From: Bdellovibrionales bacterium
GTDB taxonomy: Bacteria; Bdellovibrionota; Bdellovibrionia; Bdellovibrionales; UBA1609
Direction: 5' to 3'
Length of the DNA stretch: 64,000 bases
Assembly (NCBI GenBank): GCA_965219095.1
Contig: CBDCMT010000001.1
Location: forward strand, 1,536,001 to 1,600,000
Shown: positions 1 through 11,637 of the stretch, piece by piece
How the letters are laid out: the number at the start of each line of letters is the position of its first letter
How positions within the stretch are numbered: the stretch's first letter is position 1
Program-made: the position numbers and the translations under genes
The notes under the pieces: model-generated
Told to the model about the DNA's origin: nothing
The model's database searches: none
Seen by the model: only the letters and a program-made list of their open reading frames with translations

Positions 1-51
1 TCTTACATTAAAACGAGTCTTTTGATCTTCCCCCAAAAAAGTGGACAGTTT

Positions 52-918
52 TTATGTTCTTAAAGCCCTCCTTTGTTTAAATTCTTTTGGGCTCATGTAT
101 TTCAAGGAAGAATGCATTCTTACCTTGTTATACCAATCCATGTAAATTGCAATTTTTTTCTCCAACTCTTCTTTCGTTGTACAGTCTTTGTATTCCAGTT
201 CATCTTTCAACGTATGGAAAAAGCTCTCCACAAACGCATTATCATAACAATTTCCTTTCCTAGACATAGATTGCTTGAGGCCAAAGAATTTCAATTCTTT
301 TCTAAACCCTTCACAACAATATTGAACCCCTTGATCCGAGTGGATTATCAAGCCCTCTAAGTTCCCAGAAACAGATTGGACTGCGGCTCTCAGAGCCTGT
401 TTTGAATGAACCCCGTCCAAGCTCTCACAGAGCTTCCAAGACTTAATCTCTCGATTATAGACATCTAAAAATACAACCAAATACAGAAATTTATCTCTAA
501 AAGGAATATAGGTTAAATCCGAACACCATACCTGGTTTTCTTTTCCTGCTTGGCTCTGTCCTGTCTTAAACAACCGAGGAGACTTAATCATGAGAGGGTT
601 ATTCTTTGTTGTTCTAGGAACATAGGGTTTTTTCTGACGGGCACTGAGATTCTTTAGTTTCATAATTCGAGCTACTTTGTTTTCTCCAGCACTCACTCCG
701 CAACGCTTTAATTCCCTATACACCCTGGGGGAACCATAACAGCCTTTATTTTTTTTAAAAATAGATTCTATGTTTTTCTCCAGATTTTTATCCTTTTCAA
801 GCTTTCCCCTGGTTTTTAAAAAACTATAAAAACCAGAACGAGATCCTCTTAATAATTCGCAAATGCGAAGCACTGGATGCCCTTTCTCTTTTACATAAAA
901 CATAGCCTTAAATCTCAT
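52..918 (-). CDS. IS3 transposase OrfB (rve/DDE)
   Basis: WCSDLTYI, HSDQGVQY and SRKGNCYDNAFVESFF motifs. Confidence 0.95.
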   Translation of the reverse strand: MRFKAMFYVKEKGHPVLRICELLRGSRSGFYSFLKTRGKLEKDKNLEKNIESIFKKNKGCYGSPRVYRELKRCGVSAGENKVARIMKLKNLSARQKKPYVPRTTKNNPLMIKSPRLFKTGQSQAGKENQVWCSDLTYIPFRDKFLYLVVFLDVYNREIKSWKLCESLDGVHSKQALRAAVQSVSGNLEGLIIHSDQGVQYCCEGFRKELKFFGLKQSMSRKGNCYDNAFVESFFHTLKDELEYKDCTTKEELEKKIAIYMDWYNKVRMHSSLKYMSPKEFKQRRALRT

Positions 919-1220
919 TTCAGGATTTCCTTTGAAAAAAAAGCCGCTGCCTCTTTCAATATACCTACACTCCGCCTCTCATAGACCAGCTCCTTTTTTA
1001 ACCTCTTTATTTCCTCCAATGCCGAAGCCAAGTCATGGGAAGCTTGTCTTTCTACTTCAGGCTTTAGAAAACGCTTCCAAGAGCTTATCACTTGGAAATT
1101 TCTCAGTCCTAGCTTCTCTGAGGCTTCCTTTGCACCTATTTCCTCTGCCAATTCAATGGCTTGCTTTTTAAACTCTTCCGAGTACTGTTTTACTTTTTCC
1201 ATTCTTTCTTTTACCTCCAT
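915..1220 (-). CDS. IS3 transposase OrfA (HTH)
   Basis: YSEEFKKQAI N-terminus and ILKEAAAFF C-terminus; overlaps orfB (ATGA). Confidence 0.9.
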   Translation of the reverse strand: MEVKERMEKVKQYSEEFKKQAIELAEEIGAKEASEKLGLRNFQVISSWKRFLKPEVERQASHDLASALEEIKRLKKELVYERRSVGILKEAAAFFSKEILK

Positions 1221-1399
1221 TTTATGGAGACTTTAAGAGAAAATTGACTGTCCGCAGAAACAGGGGAAGTTCACTTTAGCTTATTTATAGACTCTACCAG
1301 TGTAGCCCCCTCACTATGTTGTGTCGAAGTCAGGACAAGATATAGACCAAACAAAACTAAAGAAAATTAAATCTCGTCATAAGTTTACAGGCTCTGAGT

Positions 1400-2167
1400 C
1401 TATTTACCATAAACCTTTTTAACAGAACTTTTGAGATACTCAGAATTCATTTGAGAGATATAATCTAACTTTATCTCTTTAGGGCAAGCTCTACTACAGG
1501 CTCCCGTATTGCTGCAAGCTCCAAAACCCTCCTCATCCATCTGTTTTACCATATGTAGCACTCTTTGAGGGGCTTCTGTTTGTCCTTGTGGTAAGTAATG
1601 AAGATGAGCTATCTTAGCTGCTACAAATAAATTTGCTGAGGCATTCTTACAAGCCGCAACACATGCCCCACAACCAATACAAGCTGCTGCTAAAAAAGCT
1701 TCATCACTTTTTTTCTTATTCACAGGCAAGCTATTAGCCTCAGGAGCACTTCCCGTATTGACAGAAATAAAGCCCCCTTTTTCTACAAGACGATCAAAAG
1801 CACTTCTGTCAACAATCAAATCCCTCACCACAGGAAAAGCTTTCGCCCTGAAAGGCTCCACTGTAATTCTACTTTGATCAGGAAAATGTCTCATATGAAG
1901 CTGACACGTAGTTGTCGCTTTCATAGGCCCATGAGCCTCTCCATTGATCATAAGAGCACAAGAGCCACAAATTCCCTCCCTACAATCGTGATCAAATTCA
2001 ATAGATCTCTTGTTTTGATGAAGACGTTTTTCGTTCATATCATCTAACATTTCTAGAAAAGACATATCAACAGAAACATCTTTAGCCTCATAAGAAATAA
2101 AAGATCCTTTTTGACTAAAATTATCTTGCTTCCATACTTTCAAATAAAACGATCTTTTTTCAGACAT
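1400..2167 (-). CDS. sdhB: Succinate dehydrogenase/fumarate reductase iron-sulfur subunit
   Basis: DCREGICGSC, CIGCGACVAAC and CSNTGACSRACP Fe-S motifs. Confidence 0.95.
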   Translation of the reverse strand: MSEKRSFYLKVWKQDNFSQKGSFISYEAKDVSVDMSFLEMLDDMNEKRLHQNKRSIEFDHDCREGICGSCALMINGEAHGPMKATTTCQLHMRHFPDQSRITVEPFRAKAFPVVRDLIVDRSAFDRLVEKGGFISVNTGSAPEANSLPVNKKKSDEAFLAAACIGCGACVAACKNASANLFVAAKIAHLHYLPQGQTEAPQRVLHMVKQMDEEGFGACSNTGACSRACPKEIKLDYISQMNSEYLKSSVKKVYGK

Positions 2168-2187
2168 ACAATCTCTTTAGCTTTACT

Positions 2188-2221
2188 TCCTAATTACCAT
2201 TGAATCCTAATTACCATTGAA
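2188..2221. repeat. Perfect 17-bp tandem duplication upstream of sdhB
   Basis: TCCTAATTACCATTGAA x2. Confidence 0.9.
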
Positions 2222-2965
2222 CAAGGAAGCCATTTTTTATATTTAACCCCATATAATGTTTTCCAGTCAAGACATTTTGTGGATCTGTTGTTAATTTCAA
2301 ATTCAACCTTCTTTCATACAAAACCTAAGATTGAACTGCAATTTGGTTTTTTGATAACTTTGCTTTAAAAGCCCTTTTTGATAAAAACTAAGCTTATACC
2401 AATTACAGAAATTAATTCGACATTTTCATGTTCAAATTTAAAATTTTAAAATTGACTTAAGGAAAAGCTTCAGTTAGGAGATTTTAAAAAAACTTCTTTT
2501 AAGGTGAGTTTAAGTTTTCATAAGATAAGTTTATTTCAGGTATATCTATTTGTTGTGTGAATCGATTGATGGGTTAAAATAAGTGAAAAAGTGAGGGTAA
2601 AATTTAAAATGACAAAAATCAGTTAAACAATTTAATTTATAGGTTCAAATTAATTTACAAGCTTGATTCATCTTGTTGTTTTGCCCAAGATCGAGTGCAT
2701 AATTTTTTAATCCTGCCCTCCTGATCGCAAAAAGTATTCCAGGCCTCACAACAAGTATTCACTATATGGTCATAGTTTTTAAAACATGCATTCGATAATT
2801 TGATCCTTCGTAATTGTTGCCAGACTTGTTCCATGGGATTTAATTCTGGACTATAAGGAGGTAAAGGCATCAGGGATAAATTCTTAGGAACTATCAAAGT
2901 CTCTGTGGTATGCCAACTGGCTCTGTCCATTAAAACAATTCCATGATAGTTTTCTTGAATATTTT

Positions 2966-4332
2966 GGCTCCTCCCGGGAATCTGTGGGTGAAAAGTAGTA
3001 GAAATCCCCCAAAAAGGCTCATATTAATCAAAGCAAGAGTAAGACATTCTATCTTGTATTTTTGAGTTCTTTGAGGCCTTACTGGCCTCTATCACCTCCG
3101 GTGATTGAACTCAAAAACATTCATTTTATTTGCTTTTATTTGCTGTGTTACATTAAAATTTTAAAAAAGAAGCACCTACTTCCCAGATGCCTTAAAATGT
3201 TATTCAAAAAAAAAAAAAGGAGGGAAGAGATGCTTTTGAAGACTATACTAAATGATTGTTTAAGATGGAAGTCTTTTGTGTACGAAGACATTTATTTTTC
3301 AAAAGATAGAAAGTCAATTAATGTTCCTATTAAGGCTCGTAAAAATGGCCAAGCTTTTTGTAGTGTTTGTAAGAAGCCCTGTTCAGTGTATGACAGCAGT
3401 AAATCATCACGGGACTTTGAATCCCTTCCTATTTTAAGTTACAGGGTGTTCTTTGTTTATGCTGTAAGAAGAGTCAATTGTCCTTGCTGTGGGGTAAAAG
3501 TTGAACATTTACCTTGGGCCGATGGTAAGAAGAGTTTAACGATCTTTTACATGAAGTACTTAGCAGACTGGTGTCGTCACCTGTCTTGGAAAGAGGTTTC
3601 TTGTAAGTTTCATGTCAGTTGGAATCAGGTCTATGCTTCGGTAGAATGGGTCGTAGAATATGGTTTAAAACAAAGGGTTTTAAAGGGAATACAAGCTATA
3701 GGTGTAGATGAAATACAATGGAAAAAGAACCATCAGTATCTCACCTTAGTCTATGAAATAAGCAAAACCCGTGTACGCTTGTTGTGGATAGGAGAAAAAA
3801 GAACAGAAAAGAGTTTTAGAAAATTCTTTGATTTACTAGGAGAGAAGTCAAAAGAGATAAAGAAGATGGGTATGAACCCCTTTTAACAAAAGCTAGATGG
3901 CCCTTGTTAAAAAATGCAGAAAATTTAAAATCTTATGAGAAAGTAAAATTAAGGCATTTAATACAGTACAATTTAAAAAGTATCCGCTGTTATTTTTTAA
4001 AAGAAGACTTCCGACAGTTATGGACCTATGTTTCACCAACTTGGGCTGGTAAATTTATAGACAGTTGGACGAGACGAGTCATGCTTTCAAAAATTGAACC
4101 TATGAAAAGAGAAGCAAAAACCATACGAAGACATAAGCTACTTATTCTTAATTACTTCAAGGCTAAAAAAGCCTTCTCCTCAGGGATTGTAGAGGGTTTA
4201 AACAACAAAGTAAAACTCACTATGAGAAAATCTTACGGCTTTAGAACCTCTAAAGCTATAAAAATCGCCTTATATCATAACCTTGGAAAACTGCCAGAAC
4301 CTCCGGGAACCCACAGATTCTTTTGAGGAGGC
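2966..4332 (+). mobile_element. ISL3-family element with internally deleted transposase
   Basis: IRs GGCTCCTCCCGGGAATCTGTGGGT / GCCTCCTCAAAAGAATCTGTGGGT; 8-bp TSD AATATTTT; zinc finger, IGVDE and SSGIVEGLNNKVK motifs; lacks the SDMWKPY...DRFH segment present in the 5223-8145 copy. Confidence 0.92.
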
Positions 4333-4617
4333 AATATTTTTAGATATCTCATCTAAGTGAATTTGCATCATCCCTGAATTACATTCCGGTAAAATCCAAG
4401 CACAGCCTTTATCTTTATCCGGACAAACTGCTCCAAAAATATAAGTGGATAAAAATTGTCTTTGCCTCACAACTCTAGGCCGTGTGCCTTTTCTTGCCCA
4501 AATCCTGCTCAAAGAACCTTGCTGAGCTTATTCTGCATTCATCCTGCCACCAAATCTCTATTTTATGAGTCTGAATCTTTTCTTTTATTTTCTCCACCTC
4601 TTCTGGAAAATGTTCCT

Positions 4618-4722
4618 TAAACTCTTCCGAGTACTGTTTTACTTTTTCCATTCTTTCTTTTACCTCCATTTTATGGAGACTTTAAGAGAAAATTGACTGT
4701 CCGCAGAAACAGGGGAAGTTCA
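4618..4722 (-). mobile_element. IS3 left-end remnant inside IS630
   Basis: Matches about 1169-1273; joined to IS630 sequence at the shared TTAAACT. Confidence 0.85.
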
Positions 4723-6084
4723 CAGTCAAATTCATCTGCTAAAAGTTCCTGTATTCCCTTTGCTCCTATGCTTCCTCCTTCTCTTTTGTCTTGAATTTCA
4801 TCTAACTTGATTTTGAAGTTCTCTTCTTCTGTCACTGGTAAACGAGGCTTGCGTCCTCTGCCTTCTCGATCTATCAATCCCTCGTAATCAAAGTCTACAA
4901 AAAAAGACTGTAACCAGGATTTGATACTGTGATGATGATAGAAAACTATACCTGCTGTTTCTTGAATCGATTTTCCGTCTTGCATATGTTGCAAAGCTTG
5001 GAGTTTTATCTTGATGTTGGCACTTCTTTCCACTTTGTAAGTAGCCAGAAAATCATACCCTTGAATCTGTGTAACTAAATCTTTTTTCGACATGACTCTA
5101 AAAATTTAACAGAGTTTTATCAAAAAGCCAGGACGCAATGAGTTAAAAAAATGTCGAATTAATTTTTGGAAATGGTATTACCATAAGTTTGTAAAGAGGT
5201 TTCTTTTTTTCTTAAATTTATCGCCTCCTCAAAAGAATCTGTGGGTTCCCGGAGGTTCTGGCAGTTTTCCAAGGTTATGATATAAGGCGATTTTTATAGC
5301 TTTAGAGGTTCTAAAGCCGTAAGATTTTCTCATAGTGAGTTTTACTTTGTTGTTTAAACCCTCTACAATCCCTGAGGAGAAGGTTTTTTTAGCCTTGAAG
5401 TAATTAAGAATAAGTAGCTTATGTCTTCGTATGGTTTTTGCTTTTCTTTTCATAGGTTCAATTTTTGAAAGCATGACTCGTCTCGTCCAACTGTCTATAA
5501 ATTTACCAGCCCAAGTTGGTGGAACATAGGTCCATAACTGTCGGAAGTCTTCTTTTAAAAAATAACAGCGGATACTTTTTAAATTGTACTGTATTAAATG
5601 CCTTAATTTTACTTTTTCATAAGATTTTAAATTTTCTGCATTTTTTAACAAGGGCCATCTAGCTTTTGTTAAAAGGGGTTCATACCCGTCTTCTTTCATT
5701 TTTTTGTGTTCTGAAGCTCTCACTTCGTCTAAAGCCTTATTGAGTCTTGCTACGATATGAAACCGATCTAATATGTGTAAAGCTCCACTTGCCCTCTCCT
5801 TTATGACTTTTAAATAAGGCTTCCACATATCAGAACACACAAACCGTATATCTTTTGACTTCTCTCCTAGTAAATCAAAGAATTTTCTAAAACTCTTTTC
5901 TGTTCTTTTTTCTCCTATCCATAGCAAACGAACACTTTCTTTGCTTATTTCATAGACTAAGGTGAGATACTGATGGTTCTTTTTCCATTGTATTTCATCT
6001 ACACCTATAGCTTGTATTCCCTTTAAAACCCTTTGTTTTAAACCATATTCTACGACCCATTCTACCGAAGCATAGACCTGATTC

Positions 6085-7479
6085 GAGGATGTCCCATTTC
6101 TCGGTGGAATTCTGTTCAAAAATGGAGCAGATAAGAGGACTCCCTGGTGGATTTTTAAGTCCACCTAGGATTTAATAAATATTTAGAATGAATTAAAAAT
6201 TAAACAAAAGGAGTCCAAAATGAAGAATACAAAAGAAAAAATATCAATTCAAGAACTATCGGATCACAAGGAGATTCAAGATGCTGTTCATAACTATATG
6301 AAGCATAGAATTCTTGACGTAATCTACTGGATATTTAATGACGAAGTCACTAAGCTCTGTGGTCCACTATACGATCGAGAGGAAGAATGCATGCGAAATG
6401 GAAGCGATCCTGGGTCTGTTTATGCTCAAGGACAAAGAGTTTCGATTCGAAAGCCCAGAGTTAAAAAAGACGGAAAAGATGTCAAACTGCGAACATACTC
6501 TGCTTTGAGAAACTACGATGTTTTCACTGAAAAGATTCAGAACCACCTTCTCCATGGAGTTTCAACAAGGGACTACGATCCTCTTTTAGAGGAGATCTCT
6601 GGTGGCACAGGAGTTAAGAAGAGTTCTGTTTCTAGAGCTTTTGTAAATTCCTCTAAGAAGGCTTTAGATGAGATAAGCTCTAAGGACTTGTCTAAGCATG
6701 AGTTTGTTTCAGTCATGATAGATGGAGTAGGCTTTGGAGATCGTACAGTGGTGGTTGCTTTAGGTATCGACGTGACGGGCAAAAAGCACATTATAGGGTT
6801 ACGAGAAGGAACTACAGAAAATTGCGAGCTGACAAAAGATCTTTTAGAGAACCTTGTTTCTAGAGGTATGGATTCAGATAAGGGCTATCTTTTTGTTATT
6901 GATGGTTCTAAAGCTCTAAGGAAGGCTATCAAGGCAGTTTGGGGAAAAAAGTCTGTTGTTCAACGTTGCATTCGTCACAAAGAAAGAAATATCCTCAATT
7001 ATTTGCCAAAAGAAAGACATCAAGAGTTTCGCATTCGTTGGAAAAGACTTCATGGTTCAGTAGATTATGAATCGGCTTTGAAAGAGCATGAGGAGTTAGT
7101 TTGTTGGTTGAAACAGATCAACCATTCAGCTTTAGAATCTCTTGAAGAAGCTTGTAAGGAGACTTTGACTGTGATTCGTCTTAAAGCTACCCCCTCCTTA
7201 AAAAAGACTTTACTGTCTACAAATCCTATAGAGTCCATGTTTTCCTACACAAGGTATAGAACAGGGAGAGTTAAGAACTGGAAAAGAGGAGCAGACCAAG
7301 TGAGTCGTTGGGCTGCTGTTACTCTCTTTGATGCTGAGAAAAGATTTAAACGAATCAGAGGCTTTATGTATTTAAAAAACTTTAAAGAAAACTTAGAAAA
7401 AATGGTTGCAAAACAAAGAAAGGTCGCTTAAACATGAAATCGCCCTCTAACTAATTCCACCGAGAAATGGGACATCCTC
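6085..7479 (+). mobile_element. IS256-family element, complete
   Basis: Perfect 27-bp IR GAGGATGTCCCATTTCTCGGTGGAATT; 8-bp TSD CCTGATTC. Confidence 0.95.
6220..7431 (+). CDS. IS256 (mutator-type) transposase, intact
   Basis: GVSTRD, VMIDGV, VIDGSKAL, QRCIRHK and STNPIES motifs. Confidence 0.93.
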   Translation: MKNTKEKISIQELSDHKEIQDAVHNYMKHRILDVIYWIFNDEVTKLCGPLYDREEECMRNGSDPGSVYAQGQRVSIRKPRVKKDGKDVKLRTYSALRNYDVFTEKIQNHLLHGVSTRDYDPLLEEISGGTGVKKSSVSRAFVNSSKKALDEISSKDLSKHEFVSVMIDGVGFGDRTVVVALGIDVTGKKHIIGLREGTTENCELTKDLLENLVSRGMDSDKGYLFVIDGSKALRKAIKAVWGKKSVVQRCIRHKERNILNYLPKERHQEFRIRWKRLHGSVDYESALKEHEELVCWLKQINHSALESLEEACKETLTVIRLKATPSLKKTLLSTNPIESMFSYTRYRTGRVKNWKRGADQVSRWAAVTLFDAEKRFKRIRGFMYLKNFKENLEKMVAKQRKVA

Positions 7480-8192
7480 CCTGATTCCAACTGACATGAA
7501 ACTTACAAGAAACCTCTTTCCAAGACAGGTGACGACACCAGTCTGCTAAGTACTTCATGTAAAAGATCGTTAAACTCTTCTTACCATCGGCCCAAGGTAA
7601 ATGTTCAACTTTTACCCCACAGCAAGGACAATTGACTCTTCTTACAGCATAAACAAAGAACACCCTGTAACTTAAAATAGGAAGGGATTCAAAGTCCCAT
7701 GATGATTTACTGCTGTCATACACTGAACAGGGCTTCTTACAAACACTACAAAAAGCTTGGCCATTTTTACGAGCCTTAATAGGAACATTAATTGACTTTC
7801 TATCTTTTGAAAAATAAATGTCTTCGTACACAAAAGACTTCCATCTTAAACAATCATTTAGTATAGTCTTCAAAAGCATCTCTTCCCTCCTTTTTTTTTT
7901 TTTGAATAACATTTTAAGGCATCTGGGAAGTAGGTACTTCTTTTTTAAAATTTTAATGTAACACAGCAAATAAAAGCAAATAAAATGAATGTTTTTGAGT
8001 TCAATCGCCAAAGGCGATAGAGGCCAGTAAGGGCCTCAAAGAACTCAAAAATACAAGATAGGATGTCTTACTCTTACTTTGATTAATATGAGCCTTTTTG
8101 GGGGATTTCTAGCTACTTTTCACCCACAGATTCCCGGGAGGAGCCAATTTATCATTCTCCTCTCTTGCTAAATAAATTGATTCTGGGGTTTT

Positions 8193-10109
8193 TTATTTAT
8201 AACTTCTTTGCGAAGGATTAACTGTTTTAAAAATCAATTCTTCCTTATTTCTCTTCCACTGACCTTGTTCTTTCCAATCCCAACAAGCTACATGGGAGAA
8301 GGCCTCATCATTCCTTTGAGCTTCATGATCAGTTGTTTGGTATTCCTCCCTAAAATGTCCTCCACAAGATTCCTTTCTTTCTAAAGCATCTTGTGCCATA
8401 AGTTCACCTAGTTCTAAAAAATCTGCCACTCTAAAGGCTTTCTCTAACTCTGAGTTCTTAAAATTTGCCTCCCCTAAAACCTTCACATTATTCCAGAACT
8501 CTTGTCTTAAATTACAAATCTCTTTTTTAGCTTTTTTTAAACTCTTTTCACTTCTCAGCATTCCCACATGCTCCCACATAAGATTTCCTAACTTCCTGTG
8601 AAATTCATCCACTGTTTTTGAGCCCTTTATATTAAGAAGTTGACGCAAAGTCTTTTCTGATTCACTTTTACTTTCTCGAAAAGCTTCATGACATGTGGTA
8701 ATTTCAGGGTGATTATGGGAAGCTAAAAAATGACCGATAGTGTAGGGAATGATAAAATAACCGTCAGCTAAACCCTGCATTAAAGCACTTGCTCCTAAAC
8801 GGTTAGCTCCATGATCTGAAAAATTAGCTTCCCCCAAAACATGCAATCCCTCAATAGTCGTCTGCAAATTATAATCCACCCATAACCCTCCCATAGTGTA
8901 ATGAACAGCAGGATAAATTCTCATAGGTCTTTGATAAGGATTTTCTCCTGTGATCTTTTCATACATTTGAAAAAGATTTCCATACTTACTTGCAATCGTT
9001 TTCTCCCCTTGCGTTGCAATGGCTTTGGTAAAATCTAAATAAACAGCAACTCCTGTTTCTCCTACCCCTCTTCCTTCATCAACACGAAATTTAGCTTGTC
9101 TTGAAGCCACATCACGAGGAACAAGGTTTCCAAAACTAGGATAAATTCTTTCCAGGTAATAATCTCTTTCTGATTCGGGAATTTGTAAAGGGCTTTTCTT
9201 ACAGGTTTTTTCTTTTGGCACCCAAACACGGCCATCGTTTCTTAAAGATTCAGACATTAACGTAAGTTTAGACTGCTTGTCTCCTGTAACAGGAATACAG
9301 GTTGGATGGATCTGTGTATAACAGGGGTTGGCAAAAAAAGCACCCTTTTTATGACACCTCCAACTTGCCGTTACATTAGACTGTTTAGCATTGGTAGACA
9401 AATAAAATACATTCCCATAACCACCTGTTGCTAAAACAACAGCGTGAGCTTTGTAACTTTCAATTTCACCTGTAATGAGGTTTCTTGTTGTAATCCCTTG
9501 GGCCCTATGATTAACGCAAACTAAATCCAACATCTCTTGTCTTGGAAAAAGTTTGATTTGTCCTTTACTGACTTGCCTCATCATAGCAGAGTAAGCTCCT
9601 AAAAGAAGCTGTTGTCCTGTTTGTCCTTTCGCATAAAAAGTTCTTGAAACTTGAGCCCCTCCAAAAGAGCGGTTGGTTAAATAACCACCATATTCTCTCG
9701 CAAAAGGAACCCCTTGGGCCACACACTGATCAATAATATTATTGGAAATCTCTGCTAGACGGTAAACATTAGACTCTCTAGAACGATAATCCCCTCCTTT
9801 AATAGTGTCATAAAAAAGACGATATGTAGAATCACCATCATTGGGATAATTTTTAGCAGCGTTGATTCCTCCTTGAGCAGCAATGGAATGAGCTCTTCTT
9901 GGAGAATCATGAATGCAAAAAACTTTTACCCTATAACCTAACTCTGCTAAAGAAGCACTAGCAGAAGCTCCGGCTAAACCTGTTCCTACAACAATAATTT
10001 CAAATTTTTTCTTATTGGCCGGATTGACAAGTTTCATGGAAAACTTATGATGTCTCCATTGATCTGACAAAGGCCCTGAGGGGACATGATTTTTAAGCTT
10101 TTCTAGCAT
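8193..10109 (-). CDS. sdhA: Succinate dehydrogenase/fumarate reductase flavoprotein subunit
   Basis: [33 protein letters not shown] and [11 protein letters not shown] motifs. Confidence 0.96.
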   Translation of the reverse strand: MLEKLKNHVPSGPLSDQWRHHKFSMKLVNPANKKKFEIIVVGTGLAGASASASLAELGYRVKVFCIHDSPRRAHSIAAQGGINAAKNYPNDGDSTYRLFYDTIKGGDYRSRESNVYRLAEISNNIIDQCVAQGVPFAREYGGYLTNRSFGGAQVSRTFYAKGQTGQQLLLGAYSAMMRQVSKGQIKLFPRQEMLDLVCVNHRAQGITTRNLITGEIESYKAHAVVLATGGYGNVFYLSTNAKQSNVTASWRCHKKGAFFANPCYTQIHPTCIPVTGDKQSKLTLMSESLRNDGRVWVPKEKTCKKSPLQIPESERDYYLERIYPSFGNLVPRDVASRQAKFRVDEGRGVGETGVAVYLDFTKAIATQGEKTIASKYGNLFQMYEKITGENPYQRPMRIYPAVHYTMGGLWVDYNLQTTIEGLHVLGEANFSDHGANRLGASALMQGLADGYFIIPYTIGHFLASHNHPEITTCHEAFRESKSESEKTLRQLLNIKGSKTVDEFHRKLGNLMWEHVGMLRSEKSLKKAKKEICNLRQEFWNNVKVLGEANFKNSELEKAFRVADFLELGELMAQDALERKESCGGHFREEYQTTDHEAQRNDEAFSHVACWDWKEQGQWKRNKEELIFKTVNPSQRSYK

Positions 10110-10120
10110 ATTTAGCTCTT

Positions 10121-10150
10121 ACTATAATCTACAAAAATGTATAAAGACAA
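10121..10150 (-). promoter_or_regulatory. Putative sigma70 promoter of sdhA
   Basis: TTGTCT-N18-TATAGT ending 11 nt before the ATG. Confidence 0.5.
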
Positions 10151-10477
10151 GAAACTTTTATATAATTTTGCAAAATTTTTATCAAAACCTCTAATATCCA
10201 ACCACAGCCTTTTTCCTCTTAATTACAAAAGATACTGGACTAAAGAAGAAAGTCTTAAAGGCTACTACACAGCATGTAAAATACTTTGGCCTTTATCTTT
10301 ATAACTTTAGTAGGTTTTTTAAAAAGAGCTAACCCTTTGTCATGAGGAAAATAAGGAAGAGAAAATTTTATCTCTTTTGTGTTATAATGAAAGTCACCTA
10401 GTTATGAGAATAAAAAATTTAAAACTTTTATTATTAATCAATTTTTATACAATATTCAAACAAAAAAAGAGAATCTT

Positions 10478-11002
10478 ATGAACATAAAATTAAAAACTAT
10501 TATATTATCTGTTTTTTTTATACTCTCTTCTTGCAACGACACAAAGAATGATAAACTTGAGAGTAAAATCGAAGAACCTTTTGAGCCAAGCCCTTATCAC
10601 AAATGTCCCCTTCACAAATGTTCTAATTTAGTTCGTTATGTACGAGTACAAAATTATCAAAACGGTGGTCTTATAGAAGAACGTAATCGTTCAAAAGATT
10701 TACTTGCTCGTTGTGATTTCGGCCCTGAGGGTACTATGAATCCTTGGCTCTCTGATCTTTGTAAAAGCACAGAAACTAAAAATACAAAGTCTACCGACCC
10801 CATAAAGCAATCTCTCATAGAAGAGTTTTTTGTTTTAAGCTTTGAACCTGATCTTGATACTCTTGAAATTGAAACATTTCCCCCTATTCCTCACCTTCGT
10901 TATAACATTAGGGGAAGGGTTTTAGATTTCAAGCAATTTCTGACTCCTGAAATTCAAATTCTCATAACTTATAAGAAAAAAACTATAGAAGAAAATCAAT
11001 GA
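10478..11002 (+). CDS. Putative lipoprotein, Cys-rich paralogue family (member 1)
   Basis: Lipobox LSSC; 4-Cys domain CPLHKC...QNGG...RCDFGP...LC plus a beta-rich C-terminal domain. Confidence 0.75.
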   Translation: MNIKLKTIILSVFFILSSCNDTKNDKLESKIEEPFEPSPYHKCPLHKCSNLVRYVRVQNYQNGGLIEERNRSKDLLARCDFGPEGTMNPWLSDLCKSTETKNTKSTDPIKQSLIEEFFVLSFEPDLDTLEIETFPPIPHLRYNIRGRVLDFKQFLTPEIQILITYKKKTIEENQ

Positions 11003-11236
11003 AGCTACCTAATCGTAATAAGAACTTAAGTTAAGATTTTTTTAGATATTTTAAGTAGTTATGAAATTTGAATTTTCATTTGTTCAGTCAGAAAGAGCCT
11101 CTCCAGGTTTCTACGGATTCTTTCAAAGAGGCCTACAAATTAAAATCCATAATATACCAATCAAGACCTCGTCATCATTTTGACCCGTCAATAGGCTATT
11201 TTTAAAAAAGATTAAACTTTTGTCCTAAAAAGATTC

Positions 11237-11264
11237 TAACAAAAAACCTATGCAGGTTCGATAA
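11237..11264 (+). promoter_or_regulatory. Possible sigma28 (FliA)-like promoter
   Basis: TAAC-N16-TTCGATAA upstream of the GGAGG RBS of 11295; resembles the flp upstream motif. Confidence 0.3.
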
Positions 11265-11294
11265 GTACTTGAACAATAAAAACGGGAGGGTTTC

Positions 11295-11600
11295 ATGAGT
11301 ACAAAAGTAAAGATTCTTTTATCAATGGTTTTTATCTTTCTGATTTCATGTAATGAAAATGAAGAGGATTTGAGTCAGGAAGAAAGCAGTATTCATAGTC
11401 CTTTATCTTATCTGTGTGAAAGGCATAAATGTTCTGATTTTGTTGATTTTCATCGCACTCTCTGGAATCAATGGCAAAACGGAGGGGAAATTTATGAACA
11501 TGATTCTTCTGGAGAAGTGTTAGCAGTATGCACTTTTGGACCTGATCGGAAATATGAAACTCAATTAACAGAAAAATGTGAAGAGCTTTCACAAAAATAA
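11295..11600 (+). CDS. Putative lipoprotein, Cys-rich paralogue family (member 2, single domain)
   Basis: Lipobox LISC; CERHKC...QNGG...VCTFGP...KC. Confidence 0.75.
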   Translation: MSTKVKILLSMVFIFLISCNENEEDLSQEESSIHSPLSYLCERHKCSDFVDFHRTLWNQWQNGGEIYEHDSSGEVLAVCTFGPDRKYETQLTEKCEELSQK

Positions 11601-11637
11601 AAGCCCATAAACTAAAATAAAAAAAGGAGGTATTTCC

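Larger units (their letters stand above)
23..1273 (-). mobile_element. IS3-family element, complete (1251 bp)
   Basis: TG...CA ends, imperfect IRs (TGATCTTCCCC / TGAACTTCCCC), 4-bp target duplication CTTT, orfA+orfB. Confidence 0.95.
1..1334 (-). mobile_element. Internally deleted IS1634-family derivative, interrupted by IS3
   Basis: 1-22 plus 1278-1315 is the reverse complement of the IS1634 transposase segment at about 58571-58630; 1316-1334 (ATGTTGTGTCGAAGTCAGG) matches the IS1634 terminus at 60964-60982. Confidence 0.8.
2397..5177 (-). mobile_element. IS630-family element (type A), disrupted by ISL3 and an IS3 end fragment
   Basis: IRs TACCAATTACAGAAATTAATTCGAC / TACCATTTCCAAAAATTAATTCGAC with TTA on both flanks; transposase pieces include DRASWH and LPPYSPELNPME. 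Confidence 0.92.
5223..8145 (-). mobile_element. ISL3-family element interrupted by IS256
   Basis: Same IRs as 2966-4332; 8-bp TSD AATTTATC; transposase split at SWNQ|VYAS. Confidence 0.93.

Noticed and set aside
73..1171. Antisense ORFs over IS3, and similar shadow ORFs over PPIase, pgm, tad and IS66 genes
   Set aside because: Opposite-strand or alternate-frame ORFs of well-supported genes; they recur only because the ISs are multicopy
3062..3228. N-terminal extension of the ISL3 transposase with poly-Lys
   Set aside because: Read-through of the IS left end and an A-tract; the likely start is MLLKTILND after GGAGG
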